From: an uncultured Chlamydiae bacterium
Lineage (GTDB): Bacteria; Chlamydiota; Chlamydiia; Chlamydiales; SM23-39
Direction of reading: 5' to 3'
NCBI GenBank assembly: GCA_963828125.1
Contig: CAWHDP010000002.1
Coordinates: 1,472,001-1,536,000 of the forward strand
DNA length: 64,000 nt
Shown here: one piece after another, positions 1 through 10,001 of the stretch
How the letters are laid out: each line of letters opens with the position of its first letter
How positions within the stretch are numbered: the first letter of the stretch is position 1
Program-made: the position numbers and the translations under genes
The notes under the pieces: model-generated
Told to the model about the DNA's origin: nothing
Databases searched by the model: none
Seen by the model: only the letters and a program-made list of their open reading frames with translations

Positions 1-2
1 TG

Positions 3-1049
3 ATGAAGCGGGCGATGAGGCGGCTCTTGACTTTGGTGATTTGTGGATCGGAGATTTGTGCCGATTCAACGGAATGTACACCCCCTTGTTGGAGAGCTCT
101 ATTTGAAGCGAACTGGGATCTTGGGTTCGGGTGCCGCCAAGACACACTCCGCTTCGTAGATTCTTATAAAACACAGCCGCTTTTGGGAGGGAATACTCTG
201 ATCAGGGCGAACGATCATCAGAAGTGGAATGGCTTGAATATAGTGGAGCTAGAGGGATTCCTGTCTCTGGCTTACAAAAATTTCTATGTGCGCGGCCTTG
301 CCGATTACGGATGGATTGTCGGAGGAGAGAACCCCGCAACCGACAGCCAGACGATTATGGGCGGCGGAATCACCGAGGCCCTTGCGACCTATACATCGGG
401 CCGTACGCAGGGTTATGTGTGGGACGGATCTGGCGGCGTCGGCTATCAACTGCATTGGGATCGCGTTCACCTCATGGCGACGCCACTCATTGGCTATTCC
501 TATCACAAGCAAAAAACAAACCAACCCAGCATCAGAGGATTTTCTAACCAAGATATCATTTCTGTGACTTCCTCCACTTACAGCGACACCGGCAACAGAA
601 AAGCGATTTACAAATGGTATGGACCTTGGGTCGGGCTCGATTTAGCTTATTATCCAACATGCGCATTTAAAATTTTTGGCACTTATGAGTTCCATTGGGG
701 ATGGAGCAGCCTGTTCGGCAAGGCAAATGTTTCGCTGATTCAAACATCTCCGCCAACTACTCCCCCTTTAACCGCCTCTGTAGTCGCATACCGAACCTAC
801 AACGATGATCGGTCGACCGGCAATGACGCCTCTTTAGGTTTCTCCTACAAATTTTGTCACTGGACGGTCGGATTATTGGGGAATTACAAATATTGGAAAG
901 TCAACCGCGGCAGCAACGTTAATAAATACGAAACATTGTCCATAGAACCTGAACCTGTCATAGGAAAAGGTTCCGCCGAAAAGATCAATTGGCAATCTTG
1001 GAGTCTCCTCGCAACCATTGGGTTTGATTTTATTTTAAAGAAGAAATGA
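3..1049 (+). CDS. Outer-membrane beta-barrel protein (omptin/porin-like, chlamydial type)
   Basis: Aromatic-rich amphipathic strands (GYVWDGSGGVGY, PLIGYSY, WYGPWVGLDL); IGFDF barrel-end motif near the C-terminus; the start is at the window edge and uncertain. Confidence 0.55.
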   Translation: MKRAMRRLLTLVICGSEICADSTECTPPCWRALFEANWDLGFGCRQDTLRFVDSYKTQPLLGGNTLIRANDHQKWNGLNIVELEGFLSLAYKNFYVRGLADYGWIVGGENPATDSQTIMGGGITEALATYTSGRTQGYVWDGSGGVGYQLHWDRVHLMATPLIGYSYHKQKTNQPSIRGFSNQDIISVTSSTYSDTGNRKAIYKWYGPWVGLDLAYYPTCAFKIFGTYEFHWGWSSLFGKANVSLIQTSPPTTPPLTASVVAYRTYNDDRSTGNDASLGFSYKFCHWTVGLLGNYKYWKVNRGSNVNKYETLSIEPEPVIGKGSAEKINWQSWSLLATIGFDFILKKK

Positions 1050-1900
1050 ATATGAAATTTTTGATATACCGGATTCTATTTTTGGCAAGTATTGTTGCAC
1101 CACAATTTTTAATGGCCAAAATTTACGACTGCTTTATGTTCAACCATGAATTGGATATATTAGAAATTCGGCTGAATGAGATGTACGATTTTGTCGATTA
1201 TTTTGTCCTGGTCGAAAGCACGGAGACGCACAGGGGGACGCCGAAAGAGCTCCATTATGAAAATAACAAAGCTAGGTTCGGCCGTTTTCAGGACAAAATC
1301 ATTCATGTGATCGTCAGAGACCCCCTTCCCACCAATGATTTATGGGCGAGGGAGGGATTTCAAAGAGATCAAATCATACGAGGGCTTAAGAGGTGCTCTC
1401 CTGATGATTGTGTGATTATCTCCGATTTAGATGAAATTATTCGGGGGAAAGACATTTCAAAGATCGTAGCTCATTTAAAAAACCATCATCATGTGGCATG
1501 CCAGCTCGATTTGTTTATCCACTATTTAAATGGCTTTGTGGGGCAATGGAACGGCCCTGTGGCTACAAAATTTTATAACGTGGCTAGGGCCGGAGCGAAT
1601 AGCATGCGGGAAATAAGAAATTCTGTATTTACCCTTAAAAATATGGGGTGGCATTTTTCTTCCGTTGGCAGCATTCAGATGAATTTGATTAAACTGACCA
1701 GCAATGTTCATGGCGCCGAGTACCCGAATATCACGGCCAGGGACATTGAGCTTGCGATGGAGAATACGCCGTGCATTCCGATAGATTCTTCATTCCCACA
1801 ATATGTGATCGATCATTGGGATGTTTATATCCAAAGGGGGTTGATTAAGGAAAACGGCACAGCGAGTCGCGCATCTGTGGGCACAAAACTTCACCGATAG
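1046..1900 (+). CDS. GT17-family glycosyltransferase (beta-1,4-GlcNAc transferase-like)
   Basis: KIYDCFMFNHELDILEIRLNEM, REGFQRD, SDLDEI and GWHFS motifs; N-terminal signal/anchor. Confidence 0.85.
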   Translation: MNMKFLIYRILFLASIVAPQFLMAKIYDCFMFNHELDILEIRLNEMYDFVDYFVLVESTETHRGTPKELHYENNKARFGRFQDKIIHVIVRDPLPTNDLWAREGFQRDQIIRGLKRCSPDDCVIISDLDEIIRGKDISKIVAHLKNHHHVACQLDLFIHYLNGFVGQWNGPVATKFYNVARAGANSMREIRNSVFTLKNMGWHFSSVGSIQMNLIKLTSNVHGAEYPNITARDIELAMENTPCIPIDSSFPQYVIDHWDVYIQRGLIKENGTASRASVGTKLHR

Positions 1901-1909
1901 GTAATTGTC

Positions 1910-2032
1910 TTGATCAGGCATCGTAACATCCTTCTCACTGGCGGGAGCGGGAAGCTCGGCGGCGCCATTCAGAACGCAAGGGTGACTCCCACAAAACCGA
2001 GGCCAAGAATACAAACGATCCGATCTGAATAA
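1910..2032 (+). pseudogene. N-terminal fragment of an NAD(P)-dependent sugar epimerase/reductase (RmlD-like)
   Basis: Hand translation gives MIRHRNILLTGGSGKLGGAI (Rossmann GxxGxxG), then stops after 40 aa. Confidence 0.55.
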
Positions 2033-2060
2033 TCGAGCGGCACTACATGATTTGGATGGG

Positions 2061-3551
2061 TCATAGGTTCTCCTTCAAGGTGGAAATGGCCGCCCAGTCG
2101 CGTCGGATATACCTCAAAACCGCCTGTTTATCTGGGCGAGTGAGGCAAAATTTCCAAAGAAAAGCATAATACAACAAAACCAGACATCCCGATACGGCCA
2201 TGTGAAAATAGAGGGGGAGAGGTAAGAAAGAGGTTCCGATCACCGGGATCAATCCAGCACAGATTTTGATGATCCGGTTCCACTCGTATTGGATCGGCAA
2301 AAGGCGTTGACTGAGTAGGTATGTGATCCCTGCTAAAAAGGCAAAAGAGATCAAGGTGGCTATAGCCGCCCCTTCTTTATTCAGGAGCGGAATCAGAGCG
2401 CAGTTGATCAAAACGGATACTGCCCCTGCCGAGAGTTCAACATAGAGCTGCCAGAGCGCTTTTTTGTTAAAAAAAAGTCCGACTATGAAGATGTGATAGA
2501 TTCCCCAGCACCCCTGGGCAAGACTTAAGATCCCGACGACCGTCCATATGCTATGGAAATTGGCATGGAGAATCAGACATACGACAGGGCGGGCCGCTGC
2601 AAAGAAAAGGGCGCAAAGGGCGCAAAGGGCCAATACATAATAACTCAATACTTTGCGAAATAAGGGGATCCCCTCTTCTTGTCTATTGGCAAAAGAGGCG
2701 TAGAAAGGGACCCAAGCATTGATAAAAGCGATCACCGGAAGTTCGATACAACGGGCAAAATTGGATCCCATATAAAATAGGCCGACCTCATTCATGTCTA
2801 AAAAGAACTGCATCACTGCGCGAGAGGCAGATTGGAGGAGGGGATATCCGATCAACGTGATCGCATAGGGGAGGCCCAATTGCAACATTTGCGGCACATA
2901 TTTCCAGCCGACCTTAAATCTGAAGAATTTTAAGCAAATGAAGAGGGTGGCAAGAAACGAGGCGAGTTGAGAAAGGATCCAGCTTAATACAATTCCAAGC
3001 ACCCCTATTTTTAAGAAAATAATGAAATAGAGGGTCAGAGCTACGCTTAAGAGCGTTTCAAAAAGAGCGACAGCTGCGATCAGAGGGGCTTTTTCCTTCA
3101 TTCGGAGAGAAGAGATTAGCGGGACAGTCATATGGGTCAGCGCCGTAGAGACAAAAATCAAAATGACGAGGGGAGAATAAAGGCTGGATTGAAAGAGAAG
3201 GAGGCTGATCTGGGAAGAGAAAAGAGCGGCTAGGGACGTCCAAATTGCAGCGTTGATCGTCAAGCCGCTAAAGGCTGTCCAAATGATCTCTCTCCTTTCT
3301 CCTTCTGTCTTCACGTCGTGATAGAGGCGCGCGCAGGGAGCTGCGGCGCCTAAAGTGTATAATCCGACGAGGAAGGGGACGATGAGGGACAAAGTGCTGA
3401 TGACGCCGTAATCGGCTGGTGTGAGATAGGCAGTTGTCAGGGGGAGAAGCAAAAACGTGATCAGCCGAGAGAGGACTTGCCCTCCGCTGTAGATGAAAAG
3501 ATCTTGCAGCAATCTTCGGAAGGGGTGGCTTACCGGGGCTGTTTCAGGCAC
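2061..3551 (-). CDS. wzx: Oligosaccharide flippase (Wzx/MOP family)
   Basis: About 12-14 TM helices; LLLPLTTAYLTPADYG N-terminal motif. Confidence 0.85.
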   Translation of the reverse strand: MPETAPVSHPFRRLLQDLFIYSGGQVLSRLITFLLLPLTTAYLTPADYGVISTLSLIVPFLVGLYTLGAAAPCARLYHDVKTEGERREIIWTAFSGLTINAAIWTSLAALFSSQISLLLFQSSLYSPLVILIFVSTALTHMTVPLISSLRMKEKAPLIAAVALFETLLSVALTLYFIIFLKIGVLGIVLSWILSQLASFLATLFICLKFFRFKVGWKYVPQMLQLGLPYAITLIGYPLLQSASRAVMQFFLDMNEVGLFYMGSNFARCIELPVIAFINAWVPFYASFANRQEEGIPLFRKVLSYYVLALCALCALFFAAARPVVCLILHANFHSIWTVVGILSLAQGCWGIYHIFIVGLFFNKKALWQLYVELSAGAVSVLINCALIPLLNKEGAAIATLISFAFLAGITYLLSQRLLPIQYEWNRIIKICAGLIPVIGTSFLPLPLYFHMAVSGCLVLLYYAFLWKFCLTRPDKQAVLRYIRRDWAAISTLKENL

Positions 3552-3901
3552 AACGTTTCCATATGAAGATTTTCATTCACTAATCCCCATTCGGGATCAT
3601 TCAAATAGAAGGGGGGAATGTTTTTTGCCCAGCGCCTGGCCGTTTTGATGAAGTTTTGCTCATATGAATCGAAAATCCCCCCTTTAGCGTAAAGAAACTT
3701 CCTCTTGGGATAATTGAATAAACTATGACACAAGGTGGAGATCCCTAATCTCCGTAATAGCGGCTCGACCCCTCTTTGGATTTGAAAGTCTTTTAATTGC
3801 TGTAAGAGGAAATTCAGGCTGAAGTTATGCCTCTGGGTCCGATCAGGAACATAATGATCATTGCGGGCAAAACCTATAAAACTGACGTAAGATTGGAGCA
3901 T
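3530..3901 (-). pseudogene. Hypothetical protein, possibly an internally deleted glycosyltransferase-like gene
   Basis: YVSFIGFARND start and NDPEWGL end resemble the termini of longer polysaccharide-cluster proteins; only 123 aa; overlaps the wzx start. Confidence 0.35.
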
Positions 3902-4039
3902 ACAACGGGCGATGGTATAGAAAAAGATCCATTTTTGGCAATTTTATAATAAAAAAACATTGATAATAAGCTATTTACGTGTGTTGGTTGCAATATGACG
4001 CCGATTCCGTCAAAATGAGACTCAAAATGAAGGGATTAG

Positions 4040-5665
4040 GTGCGATTTATGGCTAAGATTACCATCTATCATTCCCAATCGCTGGCTCCGGCACAGATTG
4101 AAAATCACAAATTTGTCTCTTTGGATGAATTGAAATCGTGGGTTCAATCGGGGAAAATTTTTTTTCATCTGTTCCGCTATCGGGAATCGAGGATGCTCGT
4201 TCACGATCTCCATACCGTTTCTAAACCGTTTGCAACCGCCCTTCTTCTCTGGATGCTGGGCCGCGGGCGAGCCACGAGAGAGGACAGGCAAGGCAAATCC
4301 CAGCAGATCACTGTTGCCCTTTTGTTCTCTTTATTTTTGCAATTAGTTTGCGGGTATTTCACAAAAAAAGCATTCTTGGAAGAGATAAAACAGAAGATTA
4401 ACTTAATTAAAACATTAAAAGCAAATAAGTTAGATGTTGCCCATCAACCTATCTATTTACGGACCGATCTCTGTTTTGGCCTACAGTCAGGCGGCTCTGT
4501 CGGCCATATCGCAGGCGTTTTGAACCATTTAGGCCAATTTACAGGAGCTCCCATATTCTTGACGACCGATACCATTCCGACGACCAGCCAGCAATTGGAA
4601 TCTCACATTATAGCGCCCGGGGGCCCCTTGTGGGATTTTGCCGAACTCCCCTCTTTGCACTTCAATGACACTTTTTTAAAGCAGGCGATCCAGATCATCG
4701 GCGCACGGCGCCCTTCGTTTATCTACCAGCGCTATAGCATGAACAATTTTTCTGGAATCCAACTCGCGCAACGCTACGGGGTCCCTTTCGTCCTCGAATT
4801 CAACGGGTCGGAAATTTGGGTCAATCGGCATTGGAAAGGGTCTATTTTAAAATATGAAGCTCTGACCGAACAGATTGAAAGGCTCAATTTGCAAATGAGC
4901 GATCTTGTCGTAGTCGTCAGCCGCCCTCTCAAAGAGGAGTTGATCGCCAAAGGGATCGATCCGGATAAGATTTTAGTGAATCCGAATGGGGTCGATCCGG
5001 ACGTCTATTCTCCTGAAGTGGATGGGGCCCCCATTCGGCAAAAGTACGGCTTGGGAAATAAAACAGTGCTAGGTTTTATTGGGACCTTTGGGAAATGGCA
5101 TGGAGCGGAGATCCTCGCTAAAGCCTATGCAGAATTATTGAGTTCGTTCCCTGAACTGAAAAATAGAGTGTGTCTGATGATGATTGGCGACGGGATGACG
5201 ATGCCCTTGGTAAAACAGATCCTCGAGCCATCAACCTTGAAGGGATCTGTCATTTTTACTGGCACCGTACCCCAAGAATCTGGTCCTGGGTATCTCGGAG
5301 CGTGTGACATTCTGGCAGCCCCCCACGTCCCCAACGCCGATGGGACCCCCTTCTTTGGCTCACCCACCAAGCTTTTTGAGTACATGGCCATGGGCAAGGG
5401 AATTGTCGCCTCCGATCTAGATCAAATCGGCGAGGTTTTGGAACACGGCCGGTCAGCGTGGATGGTCAACCCGGGCGATGTGCAGAGTTTGATGCGGGGA
5501 TTAAAAAAGCTCATCGACGATCCACCGCTCTGCAAAAGTCTTGGCATGGCGGCTCGGAGAGAGGCGCTCTCCCGCTATAGCTGGAAAGAGCACACAAAGA
5601 AGATCATCGAAATCTTAAAGGAAAAATTCCATGCAAATCATGGAGTGCAGACGCATTCAACTTGA
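4040..5665 (+). CDS. GT4-family glycosyltransferase
   Basis: PNGVD, GFIGTFGKWHG and SPTKLFEYMAMGK GT-B motifs. Confidence 0.9.
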   Translation: MRFMAKITIYHSQSLAPAQIENHKFVSLDELKSWVQSGKIFFHLFRYRESRMLVHDLHTVSKPFATALLLWMLGRGRATREDRQGKSQQITVALLFSLFLQLVCGYFTKKAFLEEIKQKINLIKTLKANKLDVAHQPIYLRTDLCFGLQSGGSVGHIAGVLNHLGQFTGAPIFLTTDTIPTTSQQLESHIIAPGGPLWDFAELPSLHFNDTFLKQAIQIIGARRPSFIYQRYSMNNFSGIQLAQRYGVPFVLEFNGSEIWVNRHWKGSILKYEALTEQIERLNLQMSDLVVVVSRPLKEELIAKGIDPDKILVNPNGVDPDVYSPEVDGAPIRQKYGLGNKTVLGFIGTFGKWHGAEILAKAYAELLSSFPELKNRVCLMMIGDGMTMPLVKQILEPSTLKGSVIFTGTVPQESGPGYLGACDILAAPHVPNADGTPFFGSPTKLFEYMAMGKGIVASDLDQIGEVLEHGRSAWMVNPGDVQSLMRGLKKLIDDPPLCKSLGMAARREALSRYSWKEHTKKIIEILKEKFHANHGVQTHST

Positions 5666-6770
5666 GCAATCAATCAACGGGCTGAATGTAACGGACGTCC
5701 CATTAGTTCAACTGTGCGGAACTTCTTTCGAACCCGCTGGATTTGCTGACGATCCAGGAATATATTACTTTATCCCTTGGATGACCAAACATTTAGGAAT
5801 ACCGCTTGACCCCGCCATAGATCTATTCCTTGGAACCCTTTTGTTGCTTGGGGCATTGATCAGCGGCGCCTGTTTATTTTTTACGTTCAAAACTTGGGCC
5901 TGCCGGGCTATCTCAATCGTTGGGAGCCTCCTTTTGACTGGAATGGCAGCCCGTTGTTCGGACTTGTACGTCAGCTCGTATTTCGCAGTGGCTGCCACCG
6001 TCCCATTTTTCATTGTATGGAACCAGATCCGATCCCCCTTTCATTTAAAAATAGGGCTCACCATTGCCTGGAGCGGACTCATTATTGGCTACTGCAACCA
6101 AATCCGCTGTCAATCTGGCACAGGAGCGCTATTGTTTCTCCTTTCGTGGATTGCACTCAACGGCAATTTTTCAAAAAAAGAGAAATTAAGCTCCGCAGTT
6201 CTGTTATCGGTTTTCGTCTTGTTACCTTATCTCCATTTTCATAGACTGGAATTCAATAGAGACTCATTTTTAACCAAAAAAAATCCCTCACACAACAGTA
6301 TTGCTGTGACTCATCCTAAATGGCATAACATATACATTGGATTCGGGTATTTAAAAAATAAATACGGCATTGAATACAATGATACCATTTCGTCAAACAA
6401 GGCGCTATCGATCAGCCCGAATGTGCAATTTTGTTCCGCTGAATACGAATCGATTTTAAGAGAGCAATGCTGGCGATTGCTCAGAACCGATTGTGTATTT
6501 GTATTGAAAACTCTCTTATGTAAAGCATTAGTGATCCTCCTAAAATTGGCCCTATTTGCAAACTTTGGTTTGCTGTTTTGGTTTTATGTAAGGGCGCCCT
6601 TGAGATTCACGGCTCCTTTTTTGATTGCCACCCTCTTTTATTCGCTCCCGGGACTCTTGACCATGCCTTACACCGCTTATGTTTTGGGAGCACTCAGCCT
6701 ATCCACTCTTTTTGGCGTCACTCTGATTGGTTTGAGGCTAGAAAAATATCAAAAATACGAGGCAGCATGA
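5631..6770 (+). CDS. Polytopic membrane protein, putative GT-C-type glycosyltransferase (paralog 1)
   Basis: Many TM helices; DDPGIYYFIPW and HPKWHNIYIGFGYL motifs shared with 8841-10001. Confidence 0.5.
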   Translation: MQIMECRRIQLEQSINGLNVTDVPLVQLCGTSFEPAGFADDPGIYYFIPWMTKHLGIPLDPAIDLFLGTLLLLGALISGACLFFTFKTWACRAISIVGSLLLTGMAARCSDLYVSSYFAVAATVPFFIVWNQIRSPFHLKIGLTIAWSGLIIGYCNQIRCQSGTGALLFLLSWIALNGNFSKKEKLSSAVLLSVFVLLPYLHFHRLEFNRDSFLTKKNPSHNSIAVTHPKWHNIYIGFGYLKNKYGIEYNDTISSNKALSISPNVQFCSAEYESILREQCWRLLRTDCVFVLKTLLCKALVILLKLALFANFGLLFWFYVRAPLRFTAPFLIATLFYSLPGLLTMPYTAYVLGALSLSTLFGVTLIGLRLEKYQKYEAA

Positions 6771-7183
6771 ATCTAGAGACGAAAGTTCTTTCAGCAACTG
6801 GAGCCAAACCGTTCCTATTAGGATGGGGAATGGTTCTCATTTATGTCGCATTCAACTCATTGGGCGCTTTCATTCTGAAAACCCAAGTTCAAAAATTGGG
6901 AACCTGGAGTTTTTCGAACGGATTTTCTGTCTATTCGTTTTTTATGACCCTCTTTTCATCTTGGCAAACATGGATGGGGCTCATCTCGATTTCGACGGCA
7001 ACGGCCGCTTGGATCATCGCCCTATCCCATCTCGAACTATCCAAGGCCTATCCCGTTGCCATCGGTTTAAATCTACTCATTGTGATCAGCGCCTCTCTTG
7101 TTTTTTTTCATGAACCCCTAACGGTTTATACATGGATCGGAACCATTTTGATCTTCAGTGGAGTGATGTTTCTGTTTTCTTGA
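6767..7183 (+). CDS. SMR/EamA-type small membrane protein (ArnE/ArnF-like lipid-sugar flippase)
   Basis: Four TM helices; ELSKAYP...FFHEPL motif; ATG at 6767 overlaps the upstream stop (ATGA). Confidence 0.75.
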   Translation: MNLETKVLSATGAKPFLLGWGMVLIYVAFNSLGAFILKTQVQKLGTWSFSNGFSVYSFFMTLFSSWQTWMGLISISTATAAWIIALSHLELSKAYPVAIGLNLLIVISASLVFFHEPLTVYTWIGTILIFSGVMFLFS

Positions 7184-7229
7184 CTTTTTATAAGAAACCG
7201 CAAAATAATCGATCCTCGAGAGATAAAGC

Positions 7230-8174
7230 GTGAAAAAACTACTGTCGATTGTCGTCCCCGTCTTCAACGAAGAGGAGAGTCTCCCTATTTTGTACGGGGA
7301 ACTGCAGTCCATTTTTGGGCAGCTGAGCGGCCGCTATGAAGTTGAGTTGATCTTAGTCAATGATGGGAGCCGCGACAGTTCCTGGTCGGTGATCAAACAA
7401 CTCGCTGCCGCCGACGCCCATGTGAGGGGCCTCTCATTTAGCCGCAATTTTGGCCACCAAATGGCGCTCACCGCCGGTTGCGATCTTTCCCGAGGAGATG
7501 CAGTCATCACGATGGACGCCGATATGCAAGATCCGCCGAAGCTCATTTTTGAGATGATCAAAAAATGGGAAGCAGGATCGCAAATCGTCTATGCGCGTAG
7601 AGTGGATCGAAAAGATACCTTCTTAAAAAAGGTGACCGCGAAACTCTATTACAAATTTCTCGATCTCATTTCCGACGTCAAAATTCCCCGGAATGTGGGC
7701 GACTTTCGGCTCATCGACAAGAAAGTTTTATTGGCCGTCAATTCTTGCCGTGAAAAGGCCCGCTATTTCCGCGGCATGGTCGCATGGACCGGTTTTTCGC
7801 ACGCCTATGTCGATTTCTCCCGGCCGAACCGAACCGCTGGCGCCACAGGCTACACCTGGAAAAAAATGTTTAAGCTTGCGTTCGACGGGATGACCAGCTT
7901 CTCCATGTTCCCGCTCAAGTTAGCGGCGTATGTAGGCATTTTTGTGATTGCAACGGGCCTACTGATGTTTTTATATATCACTTGCGATGCGTTCATCAAC
8001 CAAGTGAATTATCCTCTTTTCAAATGGCTCGTGACCATTATTTATATCTTTATGGGAGTGCAATTTTTGTTGTTGTGGTTCCTTGGCGAGTATATTGGGA
8101 GGATTCACGACCAGCAAAAAGGGAGACCGTTGTATATTGTGGCTGAGGAAATCGGCATTGAAGCAAGAATTTGA
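7230..8174 (+). CDS. GT2 polyprenol-phosphate glycosyltransferase (GtrB/ArnC-like)
   Basis: VVPVFNEE, NDGSRD, SRNFGHQMA, DADMQDPP, GDFRL; two C-terminal TM helices. Confidence 0.92.
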   Translation: MKKLLSIVVPVFNEEESLPILYGELQSIFGQLSGRYEVELILVNDGSRDSSWSVIKQLAAADAHVRGLSFSRNFGHQMALTAGCDLSRGDAVITMDADMQDPPKLIFEMIKKWEAGSQIVYARRVDRKDTFLKKVTAKLYYKFLDLISDVKIPRNVGDFRLIDKKVLLAVNSCREKARYFRGMVAWTGFSHAYVDFSRPNRTAGATGYTWKKMFKLAFDGMTSFSMFPLKLAAYVGIFVIATGLLMFLYITCDAFINQVNYPLFKWLVTIIYIFMGVQFLLLWFLGEYIGRIHDQQKGRPLYIVAEEIGIEARI

Positions 8175-8844
8175 TCAGTACATTGATGGGTATCGATCCA
8201 ACTGCGACAAATCGTTGAGGCTATCTGGGGAAACAAGCGCCTATTTCGCCGAATACAAGGCGAAAAAATTAGCCGAGTGGTTCCCCTCTAAAGTCCTTGA
8301 GTCGGGGAAGATCCTCGATTTTGGATGTGGCGACGGGGTGATGACCCATTTTGTCCGCAATCAGTTTCCCCGCGCTCAGCTCTATGGCGTCGATCCATCT
8401 CCCAAAAGCGTCGAAGAGGCGAGGCGCCAGTTTAACGGGATCCTGTTCTCTCTCAATTCAGATGAGAGGCCGGAGCTCGATTTTTCGAGCAGCCTTTTCG
8501 ATCTGATTTTTTCAGCCGGCGTATTCCACCACATTCCCTTTGACAAGCACGACGCTTACCTGACAGAGTTGTTTAGGATTTTGAAACCGAACGGCGCCCT
8601 GGTCCTTTTTGAGCTCAATCCGCTCAATCCCCTCACTACGCTCACCTTTAAGAGAAATCCGATTGACCAAGACGCCGCTTTGATGTCCCCTTGGTATACG
8701 AAAAAGCTCGTTAGAAAATATGGGAGATCCTCCACAAAATTTTACTGTTTTTTCCCCAGATTTCTGAAGTGGCTCCGTCCGGCAGAACCCTTGTTGACAA
8801 AAGTCCCTTTTGGAGCTTTGTATGCGACTCTGGTTTGCAAATGA
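8158..8844 (+). CDS. Class I SAM-dependent methyltransferase
   Basis: ILDFGCGDG motif I, VFHHIP, FELNPLNP; TTG at 8158 is the likely start. Confidence 0.85.
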   Translation: MKQEFDQYIDGYRSNCDKSLRLSGETSAYFAEYKAKKLAEWFPSKVLESGKILDFGCGDGVMTHFVRNQFPRAQLYGVDPSPKSVEEARRQFNGILFSLNSDERPELDFSSSLFDLIFSAGVFHHIPFDKHDAYLTELFRILKPNGALVLFELNPLNPLTTLTFKRNPIDQDAALMSPWYTKKLVRKYGRSSTKFYCFFPRFLKWLRPAEPLLTKVPFGALYATLVCK

Positions 8845-10001
8845 TGATCATGCATTGCAGATACTCTCAATTGAAAAACAGTCTAGAGACCCTGAATGCG
8901 ACCGGTATTCCGTTAGTCAGTTGCGAAAACAACATCTACACGGCTGCTGGATATACAGATGACCCGGGCATTTATTATTTTATTCCATGGATTGCAAAAT
9001 CTCTCGGCGTCTCAATTGACATAGCCATTCCCCTTTTTTTTGGTTCCTTGCTTTTGACAGGACTCATCCTCTCTATCATGAGTTTTTTCATTCATTTTAA
9101 AGATTGGGCGCCGCGCGTTGTTTCATTTTGCGGCCTTTCCCTTCTGACCGTCGCTGCATACTGCTATTCAGACGTCTATATTGCCCCCTATTTTGCCGCG
9201 GCCTCTATCATCCCCCTCTTTTTAATTCGTCTTGCCCCTCATACACGGCTCATGTTCAGCGGATGCGTCATTGGATATAGCAACATCATCCGCTCTCACG
9301 CTGGAACGGGGGTATTTTTGTTTATTTTAGCTTGGATTTTTCTCAACAGGGATCTGTCCAAAAAAGCCAAATTTTCCGCAATGCTCATTTTGTCTCTTTT
9401 TGTTTCAATTCCCTATATCCATTTTCACATTCTTGAGAGCAGGCGGGATCGATTCATCGCCCGCTCGAACCAAACCCATCCTTCAGGTTCTTTGTGTATA
9501 TCCCACCCCAAATGGCATAGCATCTATATTGGGTTTGGCTATTTAGCCAATCCCTATGGGATCCAATATATCGACAGCTGCGCTGAGGAAAAAGCCAAAT
9601 CGATTTGTCCCGATGTTGTTTACTGTTCAAGTGAATATGAGCAGATTTTGAGAGATGAATGTCTCTTGCTTTTGAGAAAAGATCCCCTATTTGTTCTAAA
9701 AACCGTCCTGCTAAAGTTCAGCGCCATTTGCCTAAAAGCTTTGAAATTTCTGAATATTTCCCTCCTATTGCTATTCTATGTGATTCCCCCGTTTCGCCTG
9801 ATCTTCCCCTTTTTTTTGGCAGCCTGTTTTTATATGTTGCCTGGGATTTTGGTGATCCCGCTGAATGCATATCTTTCCGGGTTTGTCAGCACTCTGACCC
9901 TGTTTGGGGTTTATATCATTTGTTTAGGAATTCATCGGTTTCGAAATGTAAAGCAGCTTTACATTACATCGCCCCACTCGGCGTTGCGGGCCCAGCGATA
10001 G
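8841..10001 (+). CDS. Polytopic membrane protein, putative GT-C-type glycosyltransferase (paralog 2)
   Basis: Shares DDPGIYYFIPW and HPKWHSIYIGFGYL with 5631-6770; ATGA overlap with the methyltransferase stop. Confidence 0.5.
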   Translation: MMIMHCRYSQLKNSLETLNATGIPLVSCENNIYTAAGYTDDPGIYYFIPWIAKSLGVSIDIAIPLFFGSLLLTGLILSIMSFFIHFKDWAPRVVSFCGLSLLTVAAYCYSDVYIAPYFAAASIIPLFLIRLAPHTRLMFSGCVIGYSNIIRSHAGTGVFLFILAWIFLNRDLSKKAKFSAMLILSLFVSIPYIHFHILESRRDRFIARSNQTHPSGSLCISHPKWHSIYIGFGYLANPYGIQYIDSCAEEKAKSICPDVVYCSSEYEQILRDECLLLLRKDPLFVLKTVLLKFSAICLKALKFLNISLLLLFYVIPPFRLIFPFFLAACFYMLPGILVIPLNAYLSGFVSTLTLFGVYIICLGIHRFRNVKQLYITSPHSALRAQR

